In this document: piece by piece, positions 53,200 through 64,000 of the stretch
Position numbering within the stretch: the stretch's first letter is position 1
Layout of the letters: each line of letters starts with the position of its first letter
From: Raillietiella orientalis
Lineage: Eukaryota
Assembly: GCA_036172245.1 (NCBI GenBank)
Contig: JAYWIR010000047.1
Span: 930,001 to 994,000, forward strand
DNA: 64,000 nucleotides
Reading direction: 5' to 3'
Made by a program: the position numbers and the translations under genes
Notes under the pieces: generated by a model
What the model saw: only the letters and a program-made list of their open reading frames with translations
The model's database searches: none
Told to the model about the DNA's origin: nothing

Positions 53200-54990
53200 A
53201 CTAAAAGTGAAATGTTAAAACCCTTCTGTAAAACAGAGTATTGCAAAAAAGAATAGGAAAACCTGTAAAATGGAATTGTTTATGGATATGAGAGGTCGCA
53301 CCCTCTCTGAAACGGAAAAGACGATTGGCACTGCGGGTCACTCGAGCCAGCGGGATGCTCAGCAGCTCGCCCCAGCGCAATAGTCCCTTCACTGGAACAC
53401 TTGGGGCCGTAGCGCCGGCTAGCTGCCCCATGGTCCAATCATTTAATCCTCCGAGGATTTCACAACGGATCTCCCATTTGGCCGGCTGACTACTGCTCAA
53501 GTACTCCCTGAGACAGGGCAGAGCCACGGCTACAGAAGCCCCTTTTGCCCACGCACGCGTAATGGGATGCGCAGTGAAGTCTTGCACCGAGCGGTTGTAG
53601 GAGTGCAGCAGTCGCCGCCGCATCTCCGCGATCGCTTCGTTCTTCTGGGCCCATGTACGAAGGCTTTCCTGCAGCCAGGCACTGCCGTTCGCGGGCCGGT
53701 AGGAGATCCAGGTGTTCGTCCTGGTCAGCTTGGCCCCTCGCCGAGCTCCAGACTCCAGCGAAGACAGTCCCGCGTAGCCGATAGCTCGCTTGACAAGGTA
53801 TCGTGCAGTCTCGCACCAGCTGGTGCCCCACGTCTTCGCCACTAGGACGAGTGTCCTCCACTGGAGCTGTCGCCCCGAATCAAGAGGCCGAGACCTCTTC
53901 GTCGTGGTGGTGGTACGCGGAATTCTTCTTTGTTTTTGGTTTTTTTTGGTGTTCACAACCAGGTGTCACCCCACGTCCTCGACACCTACCTCGTTTTTCC
54001 CGGCTGGAGGGGTCAGGAGCCGTATTCCCTTCAATTTAGCAAATTCACGGCAGATCCCGTCCGTCATTCGATCTGCCGGCACCCACTGGGTTTTCCGCTT
54101 CCGGCGCTTCTTTTTTTTGCTCTCTTTCTGATCCTGTGGCGGTAAGAACTCGGCTAGTCATTCCTGGGCACACTGATTGCGTGTGCCCCAGCCGCTCGCC
54201 GCGGCAGCAGCATTTGATTTCAGGGCACCTTCTGTTTAGGTGTCTCGTCTTACCACAGTGACTCCCAAACTTTCGGTTTCCCTGGAAACCATGAGTCGGC
54301 ACATCTTGCGCGTGCTTGCAGTCTACAGGGAAGCCGCTTCCCTTCGCGTAGGGTTGTCCGCTCTGCAGCCAGGATACTGAACACTCCCTCGATCCCTGGG
54401 AACAGGTTTAACTTTAACCACAACCCGTGCACCATCGTTCGCTTGGGGGACTAGTGGAGGAGTTCTTTTTCGCAGCGTAACTTCCTGCTACTTCAGGGGC
54501 ATCGAGCCCAGCCTAAGGTGAGGACGATTCCAGGTATTCGGGAGTCTTCACAGGTAGAAGTCTTCTGCAACGATGCTGGACAGGGTATTCGGGAGTCGTT
54601 GAGCAAGGCTAGCATCCTTGCAGGTGCTCTTAACGACATGTGCTCCACTCATCACCAAGAGACCTTTCAGTTCTCCCTTTTCCACATCCAACTTGAGTAG
54701 CCCTGCTGCAGAAGAGTACGCAACCAAAGCAAGTCCGAGACGGCCTACGTTGTATCGTAGCACCGATCGGTATCCTTGGGACATCTCGGTCCTGGTTTCT
54801 GGCTAAGCAGCGGGCGTCGCCGTTGCCGCCAGCTGGCTCCGAGACCTCCCGATTTTTCGGAAGTTGCTTGCTGACTCCGTCTCCGTGGGAGGGGATGATA
54901 AAGTTCCCACTTCATTCTCTCCCTCATAAGCGGTGTTCGCTGGTATTTCTGCCATTGCAACAGCACAACTGCTCACACCAAACTAGCACT
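53200..54990 (-). mobile_element. Internally deleted LINE (ORF1 joined to ORF2 C-terminus); same family as the 62.3 kb element
   Basis: LKGLLVMSGAHVVKSTCKDASLAQRL and knuckles CGKTRHLNRRCPEIKC..GERLGHTQSVCP, homologous to ORF 62267..63067. Confidence 0.8.
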
Positions 54991-55129
54991 AGACTGTTTC
55001 TCACCAGGGTGCGCCGGGGCGTTTATTGCAAAACTATCCGGGAACAGAGTTCCCGGACAAAGGGCACAGAAAAACGAAGGGAGGGCTCCCCGACACGCAG
55101 GTCGGTAAATCCGAAAGTCCGGAACGGGA

Positions 55130-55990
55130 GGGAGGGGACCACAAACACATATTTAAAAAAATAGAAATAAAGATATGGGAAGGGTAGGGGACAGGGGTCT
55201 TTGACTTCTGCCGTCCCTTCCTTTCAGAACCGGCGTTGGATGCCGGAGATCTCATGCCTTGCGTCTTCCGGAAGATGAGGCCACCCGGCAGCTGACGTCA
55301 TGTCATCGTCGGCTATTCCGGTGGCCTGTCGACGCATCGCCTGGGTCTCCGGCTGTCGATGGCGCGGGTGCAGCAGACCGTTGCGACGACCGCACCTATG
55401 GACAGACCGCCAGGCGTGAAGAAGCGGCGCATCAAATCCCTTGCGGTGTCCCCCCCGGTGCAGGAGGGCTGAGGCCAGCCTCCGCCACTGTCCTTGGAGG
55501 ACACCGCAGTCCAGGAGCAGGTGCGGGAGCGTTTCCACTTCCCCGCTCCGCTTACAGTTCGGGGAGGCAACTCCCCAGGAAACACGGTTCGTGAGCTGGT
55601 TGTAATGGAAACAGCAATGCACCAGCATGACAACGTCTTGTTTTCAAGAAAGGGGGAACACAGAAGTGTTCAAGCAGGAGGAAGGGACCACAAGTTCTTC
55701 GGGGGGCACACTCAAGAGTTCGCTCCACCAAAGGAGTCCCTTCGCGATGTACCGAGGCGTGGCGGCATCTGCCAGCTCGCAAGTCCTCCAGCCGCCCATG
55801 GGTCGGGTTGCTCCTGCAATAGTGCAGGGGACCTCCCACCTTGCCGGTAGGCAGCTGTCATTTCTTGCCCTGAGGGCATCACTAGACTGTTGAGTAAAGG
55901 AACACGAACCGGCAAGTGCTTTCTCCATGCAGAGCGCGCGAAAAACGCGCCCACTCAGTGGAACAGTGTCGGCGCCACTGGTCCAGGGAT
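55130..55990 (-). mobile_element. LINE ORF2 3' end
   Basis: Zinc finger NCKRSGEVETLPHLLLDC...W followed by a C/T-rich 3' UTR. Confidence 0.75.
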
Positions 55991-56545
55991 AATGTGGGCT
56001 TTAAACAGCGTTGTGCGTGCCAAAGTGGAATCCTACCTGAGCCTGCTAGTGGATTGTTTCGCCCTCCGGACAGTTGGAGGAACGTTTCGCGACGGCCTTC
56101 AGCTGCCGGTGGGCGATCCCAGAGATGTTCAGAAGCGCCTCGTCGATGCCACTTGTCGTGGCGATCGCTGCCTTTACGGGATCGTGGAGGCGCTCCAGGT
56201 CGCCAAAAGAAGAGCGAAAGACAGGGACGCCACGAACTTCGTCACCTGCTTAATGGAGATCGCAAGGAGGTTACCCCACCCGGAAGGACGTGAAGAGGAA
56301 CTTGTCGATATCCTTCAGGGGATGCATAGAAGGTCACGGGACCCACTGGGACCCCCTCTCGAGCCCCTCCTTCCGACGGTCAAAGTATCTAACCATTGAT
56401 TTTCTTTCCATTTTTTGCCCCATTTCCTTCTGTTCCTGTTGCGGACCTCGGTGGTCAGTTTTGGCATTTTCCTTTAATTGGTTGCAGTTCGTAGGATCCA
56501 AAGTCCTACCACCCTCGTAGATTAAGTGTTTTTATCAATAAACTC
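55990..56545 (+). mobile_element. LINE ORF2 extreme 3' end with AATAAA
   Basis: ORF 55890..56399 resembles the post-zinc-finger tail (CLYGIVEAL..AKRR), followed by a T-rich UTR and AATAAA at about 56537. Confidence 0.45.
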
Positions 56546-57399
56546 TCTGAATTGATCGAATGTAAACTGGAAGAATTCCTTGAGCGTCTGTTTATCGAAA
56601 GAGCTTGCCTGAAGATGCTGAGGATGTAACCTACAGAAGAGAAGCACGGAATTCTCGACACGATCCCGGTTTCTCACTGTATGAATAGAGCCGCCCTAAA
56701 GGAAAATGCAGAATCCTTTTTGGTCTTCCAAGTGCCTGATCTAGCCTCAGGCTTCCTCTGAATTTTTGTTTCTGGCTCCCGCCAGGGAGGAATGCTGATC
56801 CGGTTCGATCCTGGGGTTATGAGAATGGCAGACGCAGTCCCACCTGTGAACACCGGTGGTCATCGGAGGAATACGTGATTGATAGGGTAGCATATCGCAG
56901 GTTCTTCTGCTAACAAGTTCGTAGTGCGAATCGTTGCACACAACCCGTTATTTCCTGAGAGTGGGCTCGGAAAACGTGCCTCATCTGAAAGCAGGCGGAC
57001 GTCAAAGCCCCCTGCTCGTGGTTCCTGCGTGTGCCAGCGAGTGGAGTAAATTCAAAAAGACTCCGTTCTCTTCCCATAGGGTTGTGAGCCGCAGGGTATG
57101 TGTTCGCCACTCCGCGGTGACCCGAAGAAAAACTCGGGCCCCCGGGAATCAAGATCATTGCAAGGCCGATCCACCGTATTCCTGTTGTTCAGTGATTTAT
57201 TGTTCCCCTTCATCTACCATTCCCTCCTTGTTTACGTCCACAGTGAGGTTCGGCTTCTTTCGTTTCAACACGGCGGGTGTCCCGACCCTTTTTTATTGCT
57301 TGTATTATTTATTTAGTTCAAATGGATGGGCTGACTTGTTGAGGTGAGAGGGTTGACTTAGAGAAGCATCGAGGCCAATGTAACCATTTCTCAATGGGA

Positions 57400-57960
57400 G
57401 GAGAAACCCCTATGGGAAGATCCAATACCTCAGATGGACAACTTTGCCTTTCTTTCGTGGTCCGGGCGTCTGCAAGAAGGACTGACGAGAAGAGCTAAGC
57501 AGGAGTATTTCACTCAGGACAAAGAAAGAGGTAGCCAACTCTTCAAGGTTATCCAGCAGCAACTGCATCAACAGTATGAAGAGGAATCCTGACACCTGCG
57601 TGAATGCTTTCAAATTTTTCTGGTAATAGGAAGCAACATTGAGGTGATTCCTCTTATTCGTCGGGCTGCTGTGTCTTCTGCTTCTAGGTAGGTTTGCGAG
57701 AGGGGCGAACTCTGTCGCAGCCAGACGCCGAAGCGTAAGAATGAAAAACAAACCACTAGGCACGAACCCATCAAACCGAAAGAAGGATGTGGTCAGAGGA
57801 ACGTTGAAAATGGGAATAAATTCCGACGTTTCCCATCGCAGATGCGCGGACAGTTGGTTAGAATGTGGCAAATGGGGATCTCACCTGCTCTCCTTAATTT
57901 CAAGTGTGGGATGGACGCAAATGAATCACTTCGTCATGCCCGCACCGCTAACTGCAGGTT
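57400..57960 (+). pseudogene. Nairovirus-like N gene, N-terminal half
   Basis: FAFLSWSGRLQEGL, EYF...KEVANSSRL, KRNPDTCVNAF and SDVSHRRCADSWLECGK versus CAWVSSTGIVKKGL, ESYTELKVDVPKIEQL, RKDIGFRVNAN and GPVSHEHVDWCREFVKGK. Confidence 0.55.
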
Positions 57961-59049
57961 GTGTGATGTTACATCCAAAAAAAAAACACAAAAAAATGCT
58001 AAAAGAACAAAAAGCAGGATGAACAGGAGCAAGAATTCAACTGCGAAGTAACTGTGAACAAGCTTGAAGATCCCGGAGCGAATTCGCGATCTGCTCTACC
58101 CCTTGAAATGTGCAAGAGCAACTTGGAGCCGAGAAAGCCTTATCCAGAGCGAAAGCAGAGGAGTGTGAGGAACGTCTGGAGCGCACATGTGAAAATCCAG
58201 CGGATTTGAATGTTTCAACGCGCCATCATGGCATCAGGAAAGAGTTCGTCATCATCAATCAGGAAAGTTTTGTCCGAGCGACACTTGACAAGAACGCAAG
58301 AGTGGAATCAGGGGATCCTTCAAGTCCGCTCCCCTCCAGGGGGCGCAAGCAGAGTAGCAGCAAACCTGGATACGGCAATTCGGGACAAGAAGAACCGTTC
58401 ACAGGTCAGTCAGTTTAGCTGTGAGGTGCTTACGAGACGGTGTTTTGCGGCGTCACGGATTCGTGCGAGCTGCGCGTCTTCTAAAGTTGGCATATCCTCG
58501 AAACCTTACGGAAACTCAGACTGTAGTCAACGTTCTCAAAAGCCCACTCTCAGCACCTGAGGTCTCAACAGCCGTGGAAATACAAATTTACGGGGATACA
58601 ATAGTAAACCACAGAGGGGGGGAGAGCTCTCCACAGCCTTCATCATCTTCCAAACTTGCTTCGCGTCGGATTTATGCATTTCGTTTTGCTATAGAGGTCA
58701 TTCCCCTGATCTTTCTTTCTCCAGTGGAACGGGTAGAACATCGGGGCCGTTCGGAGGATGACCAAGCCCCTGTGTATTCAAAAACTCCAGAAAGAATTCC
58801 TGCATAGAATATGAGGTTGTTGAAATCAGTCCGTTCCCAGAGAATCCAGTTTAGAATCCTACCAAAAGGACTCTTTAGGGTTTTCTTCAGCGGTGACCTT
58901 TGCCAGGTTAGGATAGTGCAAAAGATTCTCTTCATACACCGGAAAGCACTCTACATATCCTCCATAGATTCGTCGTCAGACCTAATAGGGTTAGAATGAA
59001 GGCGACAGTACTGGTCCCAATTACAAAACAACTCATTTCTAAAATTGTA

Positions 59050-59830
59050 CCTAAAATTAGTCGTATTTTTGAAGATTTGTCTTCGTTAATGTATTAAGAA
59101 GGACAATGCCCAACTTAGAGATCCAGGAGCATTTATGAATTTTCAGAAAAGACAAGAATTTCTATGTATTTTACATTCGAGTTTCCATTAAAATTACAAT
59201 AGAGGACATGCGTGATGCACAAAGTAGGGAGGCTGTCTAGACTGAGATTTTGAACTTTTTCATTAAAGCGACAAATCTGAACGAATTTAGAGGCAATTAT
59301 TCCCATGGTTACAGTCACTTGAGATCCATGATGAAAAGTTAACAGAACGAGTGCGTGCATTTGGAACGGTCCAGGGTATCCATAAGGATTCATTCAGCAA
59401 AGCCCTCCGAGAAACTTCCAGCAATCATGCCGGATCTGCAGAAGATACTCAGAGTCGCAATACTCGATATCCATAACTTCCCGCATGGCTAAAGTATCTC
59501 AACGCCTCTTCTACCTGAAGGTATTCGAAATGCCCTCAAGCTGAGGTAGTGCAACACGAAGGAATTTAGCATGGAAATCCAAAAAGCATTCGACGGCACT
59601 CTGATAATGTGAAGTTTAATGGTAAGAAATGGGGATGGGCAAGCAAATCTTGGATTCCTCTCTCGCTGAAAAGAAGCATTCATCTGCATGTGCAGGGTAT
59701 GGACCGAAGTATCGGGTGGTTATGAGTTGGCTATGGGAAGAATTGCACCTCCTTCCCAGAGTCCTAGAACCTGCCCATGGGCAGCAAAGACAAGTTGTTG
59801 TCCTTCTATGCAAAGCCATTGATTCAAGAC
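59050..59830 (+). pseudogene. Nairovirus-like N gene relic
   Basis: VSIKITIEDMR, KVSQRLFYLK, KWG..GKQILD, SIHLHVQG and MGSKDKLLSF versus MSVKEMLSDMI, TVSQFLFELGK, KWGKKLYE, RIYMHPAV and QGSGHTKSILNL. Confidence 0.55.
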
Positions 59831-59869
59831 TGTTGCAAAGTATTAAGCTGATTTCGGTTCAACCCTCTA

Positions 59870-60237
59870 CAGCTCGGTGTGACTTTGAAGTCACATACTA
59901 ATATATCGATACCTTATTGATTTATTTGATTTTTCTACCGCAAGGTGGCATATATACATCTTGTTCCATAACGTCTCCTTGGCAACCAGTAACAGTCTCG
60001 GTAGCGGATATCGAGATAAATGCCTTGGCGGGTTGTCTGTAGATAAAAGTTGTGAACCATCCTGTGCAGTTGTCATGAGTTTTTCTTCTATCGGTGTTTT
60101 GATAAACAAGAAAAAGCCTGCGTAAGAGTTCTTGGTCTGTATCTCAATCATCTCTTCTTCGTTTGCATATTTAAACAATCGTTTTGCTATTATCTTCGCC
60201 TGATACAGCTTTGTGACTTTCAAATCACAACGAGCTA
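59870..60237. mobile_element. Non-autonomous DNA transposon (MITE), about 370 bp
   Basis: Imperfect ~26-bp TIRs (CAGCTCGGTGTGACTTTGAAGTCACA / TGTGACTTTCAAATCACAACGAGCTA) flanked by TA on both sides. Confidence 0.75.
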
Positions 60238-60239
60238 TA

Positions 60240-60695
60240 ATATATGTAGGATTCCGTGTACCAACTGCCGTGGATGAACAATTAGAAGAGGAGAAGAAAA
60301 GGGGGGCGAGTGAACACTTCCAGTCGAAAAGGTGCTAAAAGATGAAATAGCATGTTGGCCCCTCTCTTCGGATAAGAGGGGAGGCTGCAGAAAGCCGGGG
60401 TGCAAAGGAGTTCCAAAACTAAAATGTTCGAAATGCAACGTGTACATTTACGTTCAACGCCAAGTACAAACTGTTTTATGGAATTCCATGCTTGAGCTTT
60501 TCCGACATGCACAAATGCGTTGTACGTTGTAAGCCGTTGCAACTTCAAAGACACAAAGCACATTCTTTGCAATAAAATCATCTCAACAACGGAATTCATC
60601 ATTAATTCGTAACTAGAGGTTGGTAGTCGTTTATTTGACGTTGCATAAATTTTTTCACAGCCGTAAAAAAAAAAATTCGGTCCATAGAAGGTTAA
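60240..60695 (+). mobile_element. piggyBac (PGBD3-like) 3' fragment with terminus
   Basis: Cys-rich C-terminal domain KDEIACWP...KRGGCRKPGCKGVPKLKCSKCNVY; ends AGAAGG|TTAA (TTAA at 60692-60695). Confidence 0.75.
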
Positions 60696-60749
60696 CATCG
60701 AATCCTTTACTCGTATCTGGAAAAATCTGATTTTCAATCAATCAGTTTT

Positions 60750-61500
60750 CATACAGCCGATTCTCTGTGATCAGTGACCTCTGTAAACTGCAGGTACTTT
60801 ATTGCAGACCTTGCAACCGAGGTGGGTGTGGTCATGCTGCGGCGCAGATTCAACGAAAGTCGGAAGGAGTGAAGTCGGAAGCGCATGGGACAAGCAAGCC
60901 AAAACGAGGCACGCTTGCCCTATGGAAAAGGTCGAGCAGCCAGGTACAACATTTGACCCAAGAACCAACGTTATCCAAGAAGGGTGATAGGGCCAATGCT
61001 TTGGAATATCTAAAAAGCTAAAACGTACACTCCAAGGGTTGCGTTTCGCAACAGCCCTTGTGCGGCAGATGAATGAAAAGAAAAAACGCCAGAGAGTTGA
61101 TGGGCTCAGCTTCGTGCTGTCAACTGATGAATCATTCCTTTTCAAGATGGCATCACGAAGTTCGCACGACAGCGGGGCTTGCTGCATCCACGGTGACTTC
61201 ACAGGAAAACGCAAAGAAGAACATCTGCGGAGATCGGAGAACAGTAATCAACAGATCTGCAGCTTCGGAGTAAAATTCCCATGGACAGTTGCACTGGTTG
61301 CTACAGACCCTCTCTGATCGAGATAATGGATACCAAACTGCATCCATCCACAGAATTATTTACTCTCCGGCGCTCAAGAAACTACATGACCACATGTATC
61401 GGAACGGAATTCGGGATTTTCCACAGAGAAATTTCAAACGGCCGGGCACACTCTCACTGCGTGAGGATCTTCATCAGCATGAGGTTTTGAAATGATCTTT
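60750..61500 (+). pseudogene. Nairovirus-like N gene, C-terminal half
   Basis: ESFLFKMASRS, KFPW, LHPSTELFTLRRSRNYMTTCIGT and NGRAHSHCVRIFISMR versus SQFLFELGKQP, PMKW, MHPAVLTAGRISEMGVCFGT and QGSGHTKSILNLR. Confidence 0.6.
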
Positions 61501-62266
61501 GCAAAGGATTCTGCTTTCAACAAAGCCACCACCACGGAGCAGCATTCCTGACAGGAATCATTCTTATCCAGATAAATCAGCTTGTGTCATTCTCATTCCA
61601 GTTCGGTTCCCTGGAAGGACGACCTCTGTTGTTTTTGCTTATCTGGGACCTTGTGGGCTTCATCTTAGTGAGGTTCCATTTCCGTGTGGCTGAAATGGGC
61701 TCTGTCGGTAAATACTAGCAGGCAATAGGAGCGTCTGAGGAGGGGCGGAAGATAAAACCTGCCTTCTGATAACCTGCTACCTCTCCTTGCTTCATCGGAG
61801 TGATGATGCCAAGCCTCAGAAGTGCCACCACGAGGGTGGTTTCCATTAGCAATCACGGGTGACACTCGAGCCGATTGAACCTGGCGACGGGGACAGTCGA
61901 AACCTGTCGAGGGTTGACGGACCCTATTTACCACGAGGGCTGCTTCCACAGTCTGGTGCTGCAGTCCGAGTTCAAGCGGTCTCCAGGTAGATTTTCGGCA
62001 GCACAGAGTCATCTTCATCCGACTAGGGGTTCTTTTCTCCCATGAAAGCTGCTCTCTTCCCAGAAGCATGAGAAACCGAGTCCACCCCAGTGCGGGTTAC
62101 GGGAACGTCAGACTCTTTTTTCCTTCAGAGGAAGCAACAACTCGGATTTCTCTAGCTGTCGTCCTGGTTGATTCATGTTTGTTCCGAACGACGTGCCCCT
62201 TTTTGACGCGGCGAACGTCCGTGCTCGGGGTATTCCGCCGAAAGTTCCGACATTCCTCGTCGAAGG

Positions 62267-64000
62267 GTGGCGGACGTGTTTTTCCTGCACTCCTACCGCT
62301 CCAGTTTGGGAAGCTTTTCTTTTTCGTTTCGTATGTTAGAGTGTGTGGCACATCGTCGCTGTCCCATGGCAGAAATGCCAGCGGACACCGCGATGGAGAT
62401 TGGAGTGGGAGAGGCTAGTTCCTCTCCCCAACCCATGGTGGTGGGGGCGATCGCCCCCACGGAGGCGAGGGCATCGGTCCCCTTGAAAAAGGGTGCAACC
62501 GTGTCCTCGGAGCCATCTTCGCCCACGACGAGGACTTGGAGCGCCGTGGCTGCAGCACCATCCGCTGCTGCCATGGCCGAACAATCCGCATATAAGGAGC
62601 AAGGATATAAGCCGTCTCTAATCTATAAGGTAGGCAATATCTTTCTTGGCAATACCGCTCGCAACTTCGAGAGGGAGTTGCAGCGGCTTAATGTTAAAGA
62701 AGAAGAGTTGGAAGGTCTTTCCGTGTTGAGCGGGGGTCAGCGGGTGGAGTTGACTTGCAAGGATGCAAGCCTGGCTCAACGCCTGCTGAACACCCCCATT
62801 ACGCTGGAAGGCAGAAAGCTCTTCCCTGTTACTGAGGACCGCTCCGTAGTAGCGCACCTCACGGGAGTTACCCTCCGCATATCGACAAAAAACGTGCAGG
62901 AGGAACTCAGCAAGTACGGCACGGTACTCGCGCTCTGGACCAAGCCCAACGTCTTCCAAACCTATGGAAGGCTGTTCAGTGGCATGGCCGCAGCGCGCGT
63001 AACCGTGCATGAAAACGGTGGGTTACCCCACAAGCTGGACGTCGCCAACGAAAAGGTCGATGTCTGATACGTGGGGAAACCCAAGTACTGTGGGCACTGC
63101 GATGCCACAGGGCACCTGAAAAAACGGTGCCCTCACATCCAGTGTTTCTCATGCGGAGAAAAGGGCCACCTTTAGAAAATGTGCCCAAAGCGCGAAATTC
63201 CGGCCTCCCTCGCTTTGAAAAAAGCTCAAGGAAAACGCGCGGAAAAAACGAAGCCCAAAGAGGCTACAGCAAGGCGTGCCCAGAAGCCAGACCCCGAACC
63301 CTCTCAGCAAACGCCGGTCGAGAAAACTCCCGCTGGTGATAACGAGGGCTGGCAGACGGTGAAGCTAAAAAAGCCAAAGAAAACCGAAGGCCCGAAAGCG
63401 GAGCCAGCGGCGAATCCTATGAATAGGAGACAGCGCCGCGCATTACTCCGCGAATGCTCGGTCACTTTGGAGGGCGTGGGGACCTTAGAGGTCGCCACCG
63501 GGAGAGATATCCCCCGTCTGGTTTGCGTCGAAGCCGCGATCCCCGAAGGCGAACCCTCTCTGAAAACAGAGGAGGAGCCGTGCGACGCGCTGCCCGTAAT
63601 CGAGGACGCCGCCTCCTAACAGGCGGCGGAAGAGCTCGAGGCTGAACTCGTCGGCCGCGAGATCCCGGCGCGAAAAGCCTTGAGAAGGCCGGCCGCGGTC
63701 AAGGCACCTGAAGAAGGTGATGCTGATCCGGATGCCGGTAGTGCGTCCTCCTCCGCGGAGGCGCCTCCAAAGAAGACGGGACGGAAGTCCAAGAATCCAA
63801 GGAGGCGCAGCGTGGGACGATGGAAATCCTTGGGTTCTTTGTTTCCACGCCTCTCCACCCACGGCAACCCGCAGGGGAGGTGTGTAATTCTTCAGGATAG
63901 GGGGCACCCCGGGATGGGGGTCGCCCTATGAATCCAGGAAGGACTCGGAGTCCGTTCCTCTGACGCTTGGGGAGGGATTCCCCCCGCACGGGGGGGATCG
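62267..64000 (+). mobile_element. L1/Tx1-like LINE ORF1 (gag-like, two CCHC knuckles), inactivated by in-frame stops
   Basis: One frame from 62267 to 63931 broken by TGA 63065, TAG 63173 and TAA 63617; RRM-like VQEELSKYGTV, knuckles CGHCDATGHLKKRC and CFSCGEKGHL*KMC, and GWQTV. Confidence 0.85.

Overview
Eukaryotic (metazoan, probably arthropod) genomic DNA; no prokaryotic features or CRISPR arrays. An AT-rich core (about 10-47 kb) holds seven compact housekeeping genes with mostly 36-55 nt introns: NPRL3, EMC6, RpL27A, CEBPZ/Noc1, DRAP1, a NEPRO/DUF4477-like gene and COMMD1. Two of these introns are very short U12-type (minor spliceosome) introns, one GT-AG and one AT-AC. The flanks are GC-richer and made of decayed L1/Tx1-like non-LTR retrotransposon pieces, a piggyBac end and MITEs. 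Main unexpected signal: manual translation across stops and frameshifts suggests that many intergenic gaps are decayed bunyavirus nucleocapsid (N) genes, about 9-10 nairovirus-like and about 4-5 phenuivirus-like pieces. I recognised no viral polymerase or glycoprotein. The pieces are strongly strand-biased (minus up to about 56 kb, plus beyond), which suggests a piRNA-cluster-like antiviral archive interleaved with essential genes. The viral calls rest on motif comparisons from memory, have approximate coordinates, and need profile-HMM confirmation.
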